Assembly (NCBI GenBank): GCA_013416795.1
Contig: RQSC01000053.1
Span: 1-58,723, forward strand
DNA from: Prasinococcaceae sp. CCMP 1430
Lineage: Eukaryota; Plantae; Prasinodermophyta
Reading direction: 5' to 3'
Length of the DNA: 58,723 nucleotides
The position numbers were made by a program, and so were the translations under genes. Each line of letters begins with the position of its first letter. The first letter of the stretch is position 1. The notes below the pieces were generated by a model. The model saw only the letters and a list, made by a program, of their open reading frames with translations, was not told the DNA's origin and did no database searches. This document shows positions 11,424-23,900 of this stretch, piece by piece.

Positions 11424-11919
11424 CGCGGCGCGCGGCGCGCGCGCCGGCGGAGCGTGGTTGGGCATTTTGGCTACACCGAGTTTGTAGATTAGCACCCAGC
11501 TGCGCACGCCCCCATGCGTTTTGATAGGGACGGTTCCCCCAGCGCGCGTGATCCGCGCGGGATGACAGCAGCATTTTAGATCAAAAATTTTCAGTGTTTA
11601 CCGTAAAAGTGACTTTCAGGCATCAAGGCAGGGTACACTACAATGTACCAGAAAATCGAAGCTCGAGGTCAAAATGCATTGGAGACCGATTGGGCGTGCT
11701 GCAGGGGGCACGCGCGCGCGCGCCGGGGGGCGAGCGAGCGCGTTGCGGGGTGGGGTGGGGTGGGGGTGTTGGTTGGTTGGTGGCACTGTGCGGCGCCGCC
11801 GCGCGGCTCTTTCCCCCCCCCCCTCCCCTCTCCCCCTCCTCCTCCTCCCGGCCGCTGGGAGAGGGAGGGTAGGAGGAGAGGCGGCGCAGGGCAGGGGCTG
11901 GCGCGCGTCGCCGGCGAAC

Positions 11920-14900
11920 ATGGTGCGAAGCGCGCGGGGCGGAGCGCGCGGGCGCGGCGCCCGAAAAGGAAAAAAAAAAAGAAAAAAGACACGCTCGCGC
12001 GCGCACGAGCGCCTCGAGCTGGGGACCGGAGCCGCGCGCGTGGGATGGGCGCGTGGCCGACTGGGAGCGGGGGGTGCACTCGGGCGCATTTGCCTCGCGC
12101 AGCGTCGCGTCGCGCCGCGCGCGCGCGCGCGCGCAGCGACGTGCTTTCCCGCGACCGATGCCGCGCGCGCGCGCCCGTGCTGCAGGCCCCCTCCCAGAAA
12201 CCGTGCACCAAAAAAAGTTTCAGGCCTGGCCTGCGGCCATCGGCGAGGTCGAAGCGGCCACGCGGGGCGGTGCTGCGGGCGCCGCACGCCTCCAGGGACG
12301 CCAGCCCCCGCACCGCTCGCCCTGATTGCGCCGCAAGCTCCCGCTCGCGCACCGCAATCGGCTCGAGCGGACAACCGGACGCGCCGCCTCCCGGCGCCCC
12401 ACGCTCGCGCTGACGTGACTGTGCGATTCCCCCGCGCTCTGCCTGCTGCGTGCCTACGCGTGCGCTGCCACTCGCCGCTCCGCCAGTCGGTGACATGGAT
12501 GAAGCCGCAGCTCAAGGGCACTTCGCCGTGCGCGCGTAGCGGCCACTCGCTGTCGGTCGTTGGCCTCAAGGCCTACATGTTCGGGGGCTGCGGCCGCCAG
12601 GACGGCGCTAGCGGCCCGAGCACCCTCGGCGACCTGCACGTGCTGGACATCTCGAACCCGGACCTGCTCACGTGGTCGCAGGCCGAGGCGACGGGCACGG
12701 TCCCGCCCGCGCGCTCGCGCCACACGGCATCGGTGTGGGCCAGCGCCAAGAAGATCGTGCTCTTCGGCGGCCTCGACCGCAAGACTCGCTTCGCGGACCT
12801 GTGGACGTATGACACATCTGCCAGGGCGTGGGTCGAGATCGTCACCGAGGGCGAGGCGCCACCGCCGCGCGCGCACCACTGCGCCACGATGGTCGGCTCG
12901 ACGCTGTACGTGTTCGGCGGCTACGGCGGCAACGGCAAAGTGTACTCCGACATTTGGAGCATCGATCTGGCGCCCGAGGCTCCGGATGAGGAGGGTGCCC
13001 CGGCGCCGACGTGGACGTGCATGCAGCTCAAGGGCAAGGGCCCATCACCGCGCTTCGATGCCTCCATGACTATGTACGAGATTGGCGCCGAGACCACAAC
13101 CAAGGACGATGACTTCCCCAAGCTTTGCATCCTCGGCGGCCGCGATAACATCCAGTACTACAAGGACATGTTCGTGCTCGATTTGGAGTCCGCCTCGTGG
13201 GACGACCAGCCGCACAACAAGCCGCCGCCCTTCAACTACCAGATCTCCAACCAGAGCTCGGTGGCCATCGAGTCCGTGCCCAACTGGACCCTGTTCAACT
13301 TTGGTGGCAAGCGCGACCAGATGGCCTTTCTGGATGCCGTCGACGTATTCAACTGCGGCCAAATGATGTGGCGGAATCCTGCGGTCCTCGGCGAGCCGCC
13401 GTGCCCGCGCGAGGATTGCGCGATGGCCTATGACTCCAAGACGTGCCGCCTGCTCGTCTTCGGCGGCTGGGCCAACCGCTGGCTCGGTGACACGTGGACG
13501 CTCAACGTCGCGCCGATCATCGGCCCGCCGTACGCGTGCATGGGCGTGGAGCCCAGCCTGGGCCCCGTCGGCGGCGACACGGAGATCACCGTCAAGGGCC
13601 TGAGCTTCAAGGAGTCCAGCAAGATCGAGGTCAAATTTGGCATGGGCAAGAACGAGGTGACCGTGCCGGGCACCTTCGTCGACGTTGAGACCATCACGTG
13701 CCAGTCGCCCAACTACGAGGCATTCGGCGCAATGGAGGTGCCCGTGCGCGTGTCGATCGGGGGCGAAGGCTGGACCGTCAACCGCGTGTCCTTCCGCTAC
13801 TTCGCCAACACGCAGGCCTCGAACTGCATGGCCTACGGCCCAGGCCTGCTAGGCGATGGCATCATCGGCGTCGAGATGCCGTTCTACATCCTTGCCAAGG
13901 ACACCTGCGACGCCAAGCGCACGTCGGGCGGCGAGGTATTCGAGATTGAGGTGCTGCACGAAAACTTCGAGGAGAACCGCATCTTCGGGGAGGCGCGTGT
14001 CGTCGACCCTGACACCGGCCTCTTCTACGCCTACTACAGTGTGCCCAGCGAGGGCAAGTACAACGTGCATGTGAAGTACAATGGCGAGGGGATCCGCGGC
14101 TCGCCATTCCCGGTGACGTGCAAGGACCCTTGGACCACGCACCGCGTGATCGGCACCGCGCCCATTTCGCGCAAGGGCCTCACGTTCACCACGCTCGCAG
14201 GCGGCAACGCCGCCATCTACGGCGGCAACGCGGACGGCAAGGTCACCGTGCTCGAGACGGGTGGCGAAACCGACGGTAGCGACTGGAGGTGGGTGGACGC
14301 CGCGCCCGATGGTGACACGCCCCAGCCGCGAAGCGGACACGGCGTGACCGCCGTGGGTGACAGGATGGTAGTTTTTGGCGGCTTGTCTGCCGACGGCGGC
14401 AGCGAGGAGCTCAACGACGTCGCGGTGTTCCAATACAGTAAGGACGGCTGCCGCTGGACGACCGCTCAGCAGGCGGCCGCCGAAGCGGTCGCCGAGGCTC
14501 CCTGCCCTCGCCAGGGCCAGGCCGTCGTGCACTCCTCCAAGAAGGCCATCGTGCTCGGCGGCGAAGGAGCGGAGGACCTGCTCGGCGACGCGGCCATCCT
14601 CGACCTGCCGACTTCGGAATCGGCGTGGGTGACACCCGAGGTGTCGGGAGATGCGCCCTCTGCGCGTCGTGACCACGCCGCTGTGATGCTCGGCCAGACG
14701 CTGTTCGTCTTCGGTGGCGCCACGCGCGACGAGGAGGACGAGGACGTCATCTTGGGCGATCTGTGCGTGGCCGCCGTTGACGTGCGTACCGGCACGATCG
14801 CCTGGGAGAAGGCCAACGTCAAGGGCCAGGCGCCGTGCGCGAGAAAAGGTGCCTCGTTCCAGGTGGTCAGCGCCACGGCCGTCATGCTGTACGGTGGCAA

Positions 14901-17900
14901 GGACGCCAAGGGCCGCCCCCTCAACGACGCATACGTGCTTGATGCCGAGGGCATGGAGTGGCGCGCGGTGTACAAAGCGGCCTTCGAACTCATCCCCTCC
15001 ACTGGCATGGTAGCTGCGGTGATAGGCGGCTCCATTGTGAGCCTGTCCGCCGCCGCAGGTGCCACGAAGCTCGACGTGGTGAAAAGCCTGAACGTCGCCG
15101 AGAAGGCCGCCGAGTTCGATTTCATTCCTGTCATGAGCGCGCGCGCCGAGTCCGATCTGGAGGCGCTCGAGGCGCGCGTGCAGAACCTCAAGGACGGCTT
15201 CGCCGCCGACTACGAGGCGGGCGGCTTCGGCGAGCTGCTCAAGGTCATGGAGTGCCTGTTCGAGGTGAAGACCAAGCGCGTTGAGATCGAGCTTGCCATA
15301 GACGTAATGAGCGAGGTGCTCGTGGAGCTTCGCAAGGACGGCCGGCGCGTCGACGCGCAGGAGGCCCGCGTGGAGGCGGTGCGCGAGGTGTGGACCGAGA
15401 TCAAGAAGCAGTACCCGATCCTCAAGGAGAACGTTGCGCCCTTCCAGGCCGCCGAGGGCGAGCGCATCAAGCTGCGGCTGCGCGAATTCGCCGACAGGGT
15501 GTTCGCGTACCGCACGGAGGAGTTTTTTGGCCGCGACCCCTTCAAGTACGAAGTGGGCTACGCCGCGGCCTTCGCGGCCATCGACGCCGTCAAGCTGGAG
15601 GTTGACGCGCTCGACGCTGAGATGGCGGAGCAGAAGGCCCTCGCCGACACGTTTGATTTCTCCGAGCTTCTCGAGCGCTCGCTGGCGCTTCTCGCAGAGT
15701 GCCACACCGACCTCGTCGCCGTCAAGGACCTGTGGGACGTCGCCATGCTCTGCGAGGTCCAGTTCAAGGACTGGGAGAGCACCCTGTGGTCGATGGTTGA
15801 CACGCAGCTTATCGATGATGGTGCCAAGGCGTGCGACAAGGAGGTGCGCTCACTCACCAAGGCCATCAAGGGGCGCGACGTCTTCGGCGGCCTGCAAACC
15901 TACGTCAAGAACTTCATGGTGTCCATCCCGCTGGTGGCCGACCTCCGCTCGCCCGCCATGCGCGACCGCCACTGGCAGCAGCTCATGGAGACCACAGGCA
16001 CCTCTTTCAACGTCAACGATCCGGCGTTCCGTCTGGCTGACCTGCTCGCGCTCGAGCTGCACAGATTCGAGGAGGACGTCGGCGAGATCGTCGACCGCGC
16101 CCAGAAGGAGGAGAAGATGGACAATACGCTCAACAAGATAGACGAGACGTGGGCCAGGATCGAATTCTCCTTTTCGCAGCACAAGGACAGCAACATCCAG
16201 CTCGCCAAGCTGCTCGACGAGGACGTCGAGGCCATGGAGGACAACCAGCTGGCCGTGCAGGGGATGCTTGCAAACAGGTACTTCGCGACCTTCGAGGAGC
16301 GCATCCTGTCATGGAATCGGCGGCTCGGCACCGTGTACGACGTCGTACAAGTATTGAACGAAATCCAACGTCAATGGGCGTACCTCGAGAGCCTCTTCAT
16401 CCATTCGGAGGAGGTCAAGAAGGAGCTGCCGAAAGACGCCGCGCGCTTCAAGGGCATCGACGCCGAGGTCAAGAAGATCCTCATCAACGCATACGAGACC
16501 AAGAACGTGGTCACGGTGTGCTGCACCGAGGGTTTGCTCGCCAAGCTCGAGGACCAACAGAGGCTGCTCGAGCAGTGCGAGAAGGCGCTGGCGGAGTACA
16601 TGGAGGCAAAGCGCCGCATTTTCCCGCGCTTCTACTTCGTGTCGACGGCCGACCTGCTTGACATTCTTTCCAACGGCAACACGCCCGTGAAGGTTATGCC
16701 GCATCTGTCGAAGACCTTCCAGGCGATTGATCGCCTCGAGTTGCAGGGCGGTGGCGGCCGCTCGCGCCCGACGGCGCATGGAATGCACTCGTGCGTCGGC
16801 ACGGAGTATGTCGAGTTTGGCTCAGCGCTTAGAATCGAGGGCAAGGTCGAGGACTACATGAATGACATCGTGGCCAAGATGCGCGGCGAGCTCCGCGCCC
16901 TGCTTGGCGCCGCTTTGAAGGCGTACAACAACCCCAAGCCGCGCCACGAGTGGCTCTTCGACCACCCCAGCCAGCTGTGCCTGGTGGTCACCGGCATCTT
17001 CTGGACGCAGGAGACCGAGGAGGCATTCTCCAAGATGGCCGCCGGCGATCGCGAGGCGATGAAGGCGTACAACGAGCAGCAGACGCGTCAGCTCAACGAC
17101 CTCATCGGCTTGGTGCAGGGCAAGATCGACAAGGTGCAGCGACGCAAGGCGATGAACATGATCACCATGGACGCTCACGCGCGCGACATGAATGCCAACC
17201 TCGTCGCGCAGGGCACCGCGCGCCCCGATGAGTTCGCCTGGCAGTCGCAGCTACGCTCTTACTGGGAGCAGGACGTCAAGGACTGCCGGATCAAGATCTG
17301 CGACGCCTCGTTCCCGTACGGCTACGAGTACCTCGGCAACGGCGGCCGGCTGGTCATCACCCCACTCACCGACCGCATCTACATCACGGCGTGCCAGGCA
17401 TGCTGGCTCAGCCTGGGCACGGCGCCCGCGGGGCCCGCCGGCACTGGGAAAACAGAGACAACGAAGGACCTCTCCTCGCAGCTCGGAAAGAGCGTCTACG
17501 TGTTCAACTGCTCCCCCGAGATGGACTACCGCTCGATGGGCGACATCTTCAAGGGGCTTGCCGCGTCCGGCAGCTGGGGCTGCTTCGACGAGTTCAACCG
17601 CCTCATCCCCGAGGTGCTGTCGGTGTGCGCCGTCCAGTACAAGGCTGTCATCGACGCCCAAAGAAAGAAGGCAGCGCTGCCCGGCCGCGGGCTCGTCCCT
17701 GGCGGCGAGACCGTGGACTCCTTCGTGGCGTCCGACGGCGTGGTCATGAAGCTGGAGGAGGGCATGAGTGCATTCATCACCATGGTGCGTTTTCCGCGCG
17801 CGTTTGCGCGCGCGCGCGCGCTCGACCCGCGGGACGAGCGCGTTGGCGTTTCCCCAACCCTTGTGACTGGTCGACTGACCCCGCGCGCTCACTACACCGT

Positions 17901-20900
17901 GCACGAACTCGCGCAGAACCCCGGCTACATCGGCCGCGCCGAGCTGCCCGAGTCGCTGAAGGCCAACTTCCGCCCGATCACGGTGATGGTGCCCGATAGG
18001 CAGATGATCATGGAGAACATGCTCATGGCAGAGGGCTTCGTGGAGGCGCGCATGCTCGCCAAGAAGTTCGCCACGCTGTACTACTTGCTCGAGGACCTGC
18101 TCTCGCCGGAGAAGCACTACGACTGGGGCCTGCGCGCCATCAGCTCGGTGCTCAAGGTCGCGGGCACGCTCCTGCGCTCGGAGGCCGGCCAGGTGGAGGC
18201 CGACGTGCTCTTCCGCGCGCTGCGCGACTTCAACATCCCAAAGATCCTCAACACCGACCTGGTCATCTTCCTTGGCTTGCTCACCGACCTCTTCCCGGGA
18301 ACCGACCCGCCGCGCAAGCGCGACCCGGCCTTCGAAGCGGTCATCAAGGAAACGGCCACTGAGATGGGCCTCTTCCCAGACGACGACTTCACCCTGCGCG
18401 TGGTGCAGCTCTCCGAGCTGCTTGCCATCCGCCACTGCGTGTTCCTGATGGGACCCACGGGCGTGGGCCGCACGGAGGCTTACCGCGTGCTGGCAAAGGC
18501 CATTCTCAAGGGCACCGACGAGCCGGCCGACACGTACCTGGCGAGCAACAACCGGAAGAAGGTGATCATCCGCGACATAAACCCCAAGTCAATCAGCACG
18601 ACCGAGCTCTACGGCTACGTCAACCAGTCCACGCGCGAGTGGAAGGACGGCATGCTCTCGGTGACCATGCGAGACCTTGCCAACATCCCCGACGATGATC
18701 CCAAGTGGATTCTGCTGGATGGCGACCTGGACGCCAACTGGATCGAGTCGATGAATTCGGTGATGGACGACAACAAGCTCCTGACGCTTCCAAGCAACGA
18801 GCGCATTCGCCTGCCGCCACACATGAAGCTCATCTTCGAGATCCGCGACCTCAAGTTCGCCACGCCGGCGACGGCGACGCGCGCGGGCATCCTGTACATC
18901 AGCGAGGCCAAGCAGTGGTACGCCATGATGCAGAGCTGGCTCAAGCGCGCGGTGCCCGCGTACACCCAAACCTTCGCCAAGGTGAAGAACTACAACGCTG
19001 CGCAGCCTATGGAGTGGCTGTCCGCGCTGATCGACAAGTACGTGCCGGCGTGCATCTTCGAGATGAAGAAGTCGTACAAGCACATCACGCCGCTCGCGAC
19101 CATGAACTGGGCATCCACGCTCGTCTCGGTGCTTGAGAGCATGCTCAAGCCCGAGAACCTGGGCGCCAAGGCCGACCAGCCGCTCTTCGAGATGGTCTTC
19201 GTGTTCGCGTGTGTGTGGGCATTCGGAGGCGCGCTGTCCACAAAGGACGGCGTCGAGTACCGCCGCAACTTCAACAAGTGGTTCAAGTCCAAGTTCACCA
19301 CGGTGAAGTTCCCCTCCAAGGGCACCGTGTTCGATTACCACATCAACTTCAAGAGCGGCAAGTTCGCGCCGTGGGGCGACCTCGTGACCCAGGTAGACTT
19401 TGACTCGTCGTCTATGGAGATGTCGAACGTGTTCGTTCCCACTGCGGAGACTGCCTCGCTCACCTTCATGCTGAACTCGTGCCTGGGCATGCGCAAGCCC
19501 ATCATGTTCGTCGGCGGCGCCGGCTGCGGCAAGACGCAGCTCGTCATGGGCCGGCTGGCCACCCTCGGCGACGACATGATGAGCCACGTCGTCTCGTTCA
19601 ACTACTTCAGTGACGTGATCTCGTTCCAGCGCTCGCTCGAGGCGCCGCTGGAGAAAAAGGCGGGCATCAACTACGGCCCGCCGGGCACGAAGCGCGCCGT
19701 GTACTTCGTTGACGACCTCAACATGCCAAAGCTGGACAAGTACGAGACGGCGATGCCCATCTCGCTCATCCGCCAGCACCTGGGATGGGGACACTGGTTC
19801 GACCGCTCCAAGCTCACGCAGAAGAACATTAACAACACGCAGTACGTGGCGGCGATGAACCCCACCGCGGGCTCGTTCGTCGTCAATCCGCGCCTGCAGC
19901 GCCTGTTCGCGACCTTCGCCGTGGAGTTCCCTGGCCTGGACTCGCTGCTCACGATCTACGGCACCTTTCTCAACGGCCACCTCAAGGGATTCTCGCCGGA
20001 GCTGCAGGAGTTCTCTAACAAGCTTATGCAGGCCGCGCTCGGCCTACACAACAAGGTGGCGTCGACCTTCCGCAAGACGGCCGTGAACTTCCACTACGAG
20101 TTCACTGTGCGCCACCTCGCGGGGGTCTTCCAAGGCCTGCTCATGTCCGACCCGGCCAACGTGGGCACGTTGGACAAGTTCTCCAAGCTCTGGCTGCACG
20201 AGTCGGCACGCACGTATGCTGACCGTCTGGTCGACGCCAAGGACCTCGCCGCGTACAACAAGGCGGCCGAGGGCGTCGCCAAGAAATTCCTCAACCTGGA
20301 CGCCTCCGAGTTCCACAAGGCGCAGGACCCTGCGCCGCTCATCTTCAGCCACTTCGCCAAGGGGATGGGCGAGGGATCATACGACATGGTCGAATCGTAC
20401 TCCGCGCTGCAGGCGACCCTCGAGGGGGCCCTCGCCGAGTACAACGAGACCAACGCCGTGATGGACCTGGTGCTGTTCGAGGACGCGCTCAAGCACGTGT
20501 GTCGCATCGCGCGCATTGTGTCCAATACGTCGGGGCACGCGCTGCTTGTCGGGGTGGGCGGCAGCGGTAAGCAGAGCCTGAGCAAGCTCGCCGCGAGCGT
20601 GTGCGGCCTGTCCGCGGTAAGCATCGTCATCAGCGGCAGCTACGGCGTGACAAACCTGAAGGAGGACCTGCAGGTGATGTACCGCCGCGCGGGCCTGAAG
20701 GACGAGGGCATCATGTTCCTGCTCACCGATAGCCAGATAGTCAAGGAGGAGTTCCTGGTGTTCGTGAGTGACCTGCTCTCCAGCGGCGACATTCCCGACC
20801 TCTTCGCCACCGAGGACAAGGACGACATCATCAACGCCATGCGCGGCGAGGTCAAGGCCGCCGGCAAGGCCGACACGCGCGAGAATTGCTGGGAGCACTT

Positions 20901-23900
20901 CATCGGCAAGGTCAAGCAGAACCTTCACGTCGTGTTCACGCACTCGCCGGTTGGCGACGCGTTCCGCACGCGCGCGCAGCGCTTCCCGGCAATCATCACG
21001 AAGACGGTCATCGACTGGTTCCAGCCGTGGCCCGAGTCGAGCCTTCTGTCCGTGGCCAAACGCTTCCTGCAGGACGTCGACCTAGGCGACGACGCCACCA
21101 AAGACGCGGTCGCGCGCTTTTTCCCGGCGTCGTTCGCGGCGGTCAACAAGGCCAGCGAGCAGTACCTCGCCCAGGAGCGCCGATACAACTACACAACGCC
21201 CAAGAGCTTTCTCGAGCTTCTCCAGCTGTACATCCGCATGCTGGGCGACAAGCGCGAGAAGACGCAGCTGGCTATCGATCGCCTGGACAACGGCCTGTCC
21301 AAGCTCAACCAGACCAAGAAGGACGTGGACGTGCTCATTGAGCAGGCCCAGGTGAAGGCCGTGGAGGTCGAAGAGAAGGTGGCCTCCTCGGACGTCTTCG
21401 CCGAGAAGGTCGGCGCCGAGAAGGTCAAGGTGAACGCCGAGAACGACGCCGCGGCCATCGAGGCCGAGAAGTGTGCGCAGATTCAGGTGGAGGTGACGGC
21501 CAAGCAGGAGTCGTGCGAGCGCGACCTCGCAGCCGCCGAGCCGCTCGTCCTCAAGGCGGAGGCTGCCCTGGACACCCTGAACAAGAAGGACATAGGTGAG
21601 ACCAAGTCGCTTGCCAAGCCGCCGGCCGGCGTGGACGACGTCCTCGCCGCCGTGCTGGTGCTGCTGTCGCCACCCGGCGCGCTTGTCAAGGACCGCACGT
21701 GGAACGCCGCCAAGAAGGCCATGAGCGACCCGAGCAGGTTCATGGAACAGCTCAAGGGCTTCAAGGGGCTCATCGACACGCAGCAGGTGGACCACAAGAA
21801 CTTCAAGGCCGTGCGCCCCTACCTCGAGCTCGAACACTTCACGCCTGAGATCATCAAGGGAAAGTCCAAGGCCGCTGCGGGCCTGTGCGACTGGGCAATC
21901 AACATCGTCATGTACTACGATGTCGTGTGCGAGGTCGAGCCCAAGCGCCAAGAGCTCGCCGCCGCCAACGCCATGCTAGAGGAGGCGAACACCAAGCTCT
22001 CAGCCGTGCAGACAAAGGTGGCCGAGCTCAACGCGCAGGTGGCGCAGCTCGAGGACGAATTCAACATGGCGCTCAAGGAGAAAGAGGACGCCATCGCCGA
22101 GTCCGAGCACTGTCAGATGAAGCTCGACCTTGCCAACCGCCTCATCAACGCGCTCGGCAGCGAGGGCGACCGCTGGGCGGCCAACACTGAGCAGCTGCGG
22201 GCTGACTACGGCGTGCTCATCGGCGACGCTCTGCTCGCTGCCGGCTTCGTGGGCTACGCGGGCTGCTTCACCGCGCAGTTCCGCCAGTCGCTCACCGCCG
22301 AGTTCAACGAATTCATCGTGTCCAACAACGTGCCGATGACGCAGGGCCAGTCGGTGCTCAAACTGCTCGTGGACGACGCCACCGTCGCTGGCTGGGTGTC
22401 GGAGGGCCTGCCCTCCGACACCACCTCGGTGGAGAACGGCGCCATCGTGACGACCTCGAAGCGCTGGCCCCTGATGATAGATCCGCAGCTGCAGGGCATC
22501 GCGTGGATCAAGGAGCGGGAGGCCAAGAACAACCTGCACGTCGTGCGCATGGGCGCGCCTAAGACGGTGACTGTGATCGAGCGCGCGATCGAGGCGGGCG
22601 AGAGCGTGCTCATTGAGAACATGGAGGAGACCATCGACGCCGTGCTCAACACAGTCGTCACGCGCTCAGTCACCAAGCGCGGCCGCTCGACGTACTGCAA
22701 GATCGGCGACAAGGAAGTCGAGTATCACCCGAGCTTCAAGCTGTTCCTGCACACCAAGATGTCGAGCCCGCACTACGGCCCGGAAATCCAGGCCGAGACG
22801 ACGCTGGTCAACTTCACCGTGACCGAATCTGGCCTCGAGGACCAGCTGCTGGCCCTGGTAGTCAACAAGGAGCGCCCCGATCTCGAGGAGACCAAGACGG
22901 ACCTCATCGTCTCCAACAACGAGTACACCATCAAGCTGGCCGAGCTGGAGAACGGCCTGCTGAGCAAGCTCGCAAGCGCCGAGGGCGACATCACCGAGGA
23001 CGTCGAGCTCATCGAGTCGCTCGAGGAGAGCAAGCGCGTGTCGGACGAGATCACCAACAAGGTGGCCGAGGCCAAGGAGACGGAGATCCGCATCAATGAG
23101 GCGCGCGAGAAGTACCGCTCGGTCGCAGCACGCGGCTCGCTGCTCTTCTTCCTGCTCAACAGCCTCAACGCGGTGCACAGCTTCTACCAGTTCTCGCTCA
23201 ACGCCTTCGTTACCGTGTACAGCCGCGGCATCGACAACACCGCTGATGGGAAGAAGCGCAAGGTCAAGCTGCGCTTCCGTACGGTTGCCAAGCGCGTGAT
23301 GGGCAAGTTCGACTGGAACATGGACCTCCTCAGGGAGCTGCTCCCTAGCCGCAACAAGGGCGATGAGTCGTCAGAGGCCGCAGGGGCACCTGTCGAGGAG
23401 CCCACACCCGAGATGCTCGAAAAGCGTCTCAGCGCGCTGATCGACACAACGACGTACACCGTCTTCGACTACACGCGCCGCGGTCTGTTCGACAAGGACA
23501 AGCTCATTTTCAGCTCGATGCTCGTCTTCAAGGTGCTGCTCAAGTCCGGCCAGCTGGACCCCGAGGAGTACTCGGCGCTGATCACGGGCGCTCGCAGCGT
23601 TGCACCGCCGCCGGTGACCGACGAGCTCAGCGGGTGGCTCGCCGACACGCAGTGGGCTGCCGTGGACGCACTTACGCACCTCAAGGCCCTCAAGGGGCTG
23701 GCCAAAGACATGGAAAAGTTCTCCGACCGCTGGAAGAGCTGGTGCGCGATTCCGCTCTGCGAGGCCGCGCCGCTGCCCGGTGAGTGGGGAAAGAAGACCC
23801 TCTTCCAGCAGCTGCTGGTCATGCGCGCGCTTCGCCCCGACCGTGTGACCGCCGCGCTGGCCATCTTCGTCGAAAAGACGATGGGCGCAACGTACACCAA

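Noticed and set aside
11674-12486. Extra N-terminal ~270 aa of the 4711-aa dynein ORF
   Set aside because: 5' UTR plus a 564-nt stop-free intron; homology starts at SVTWMKP (12487).
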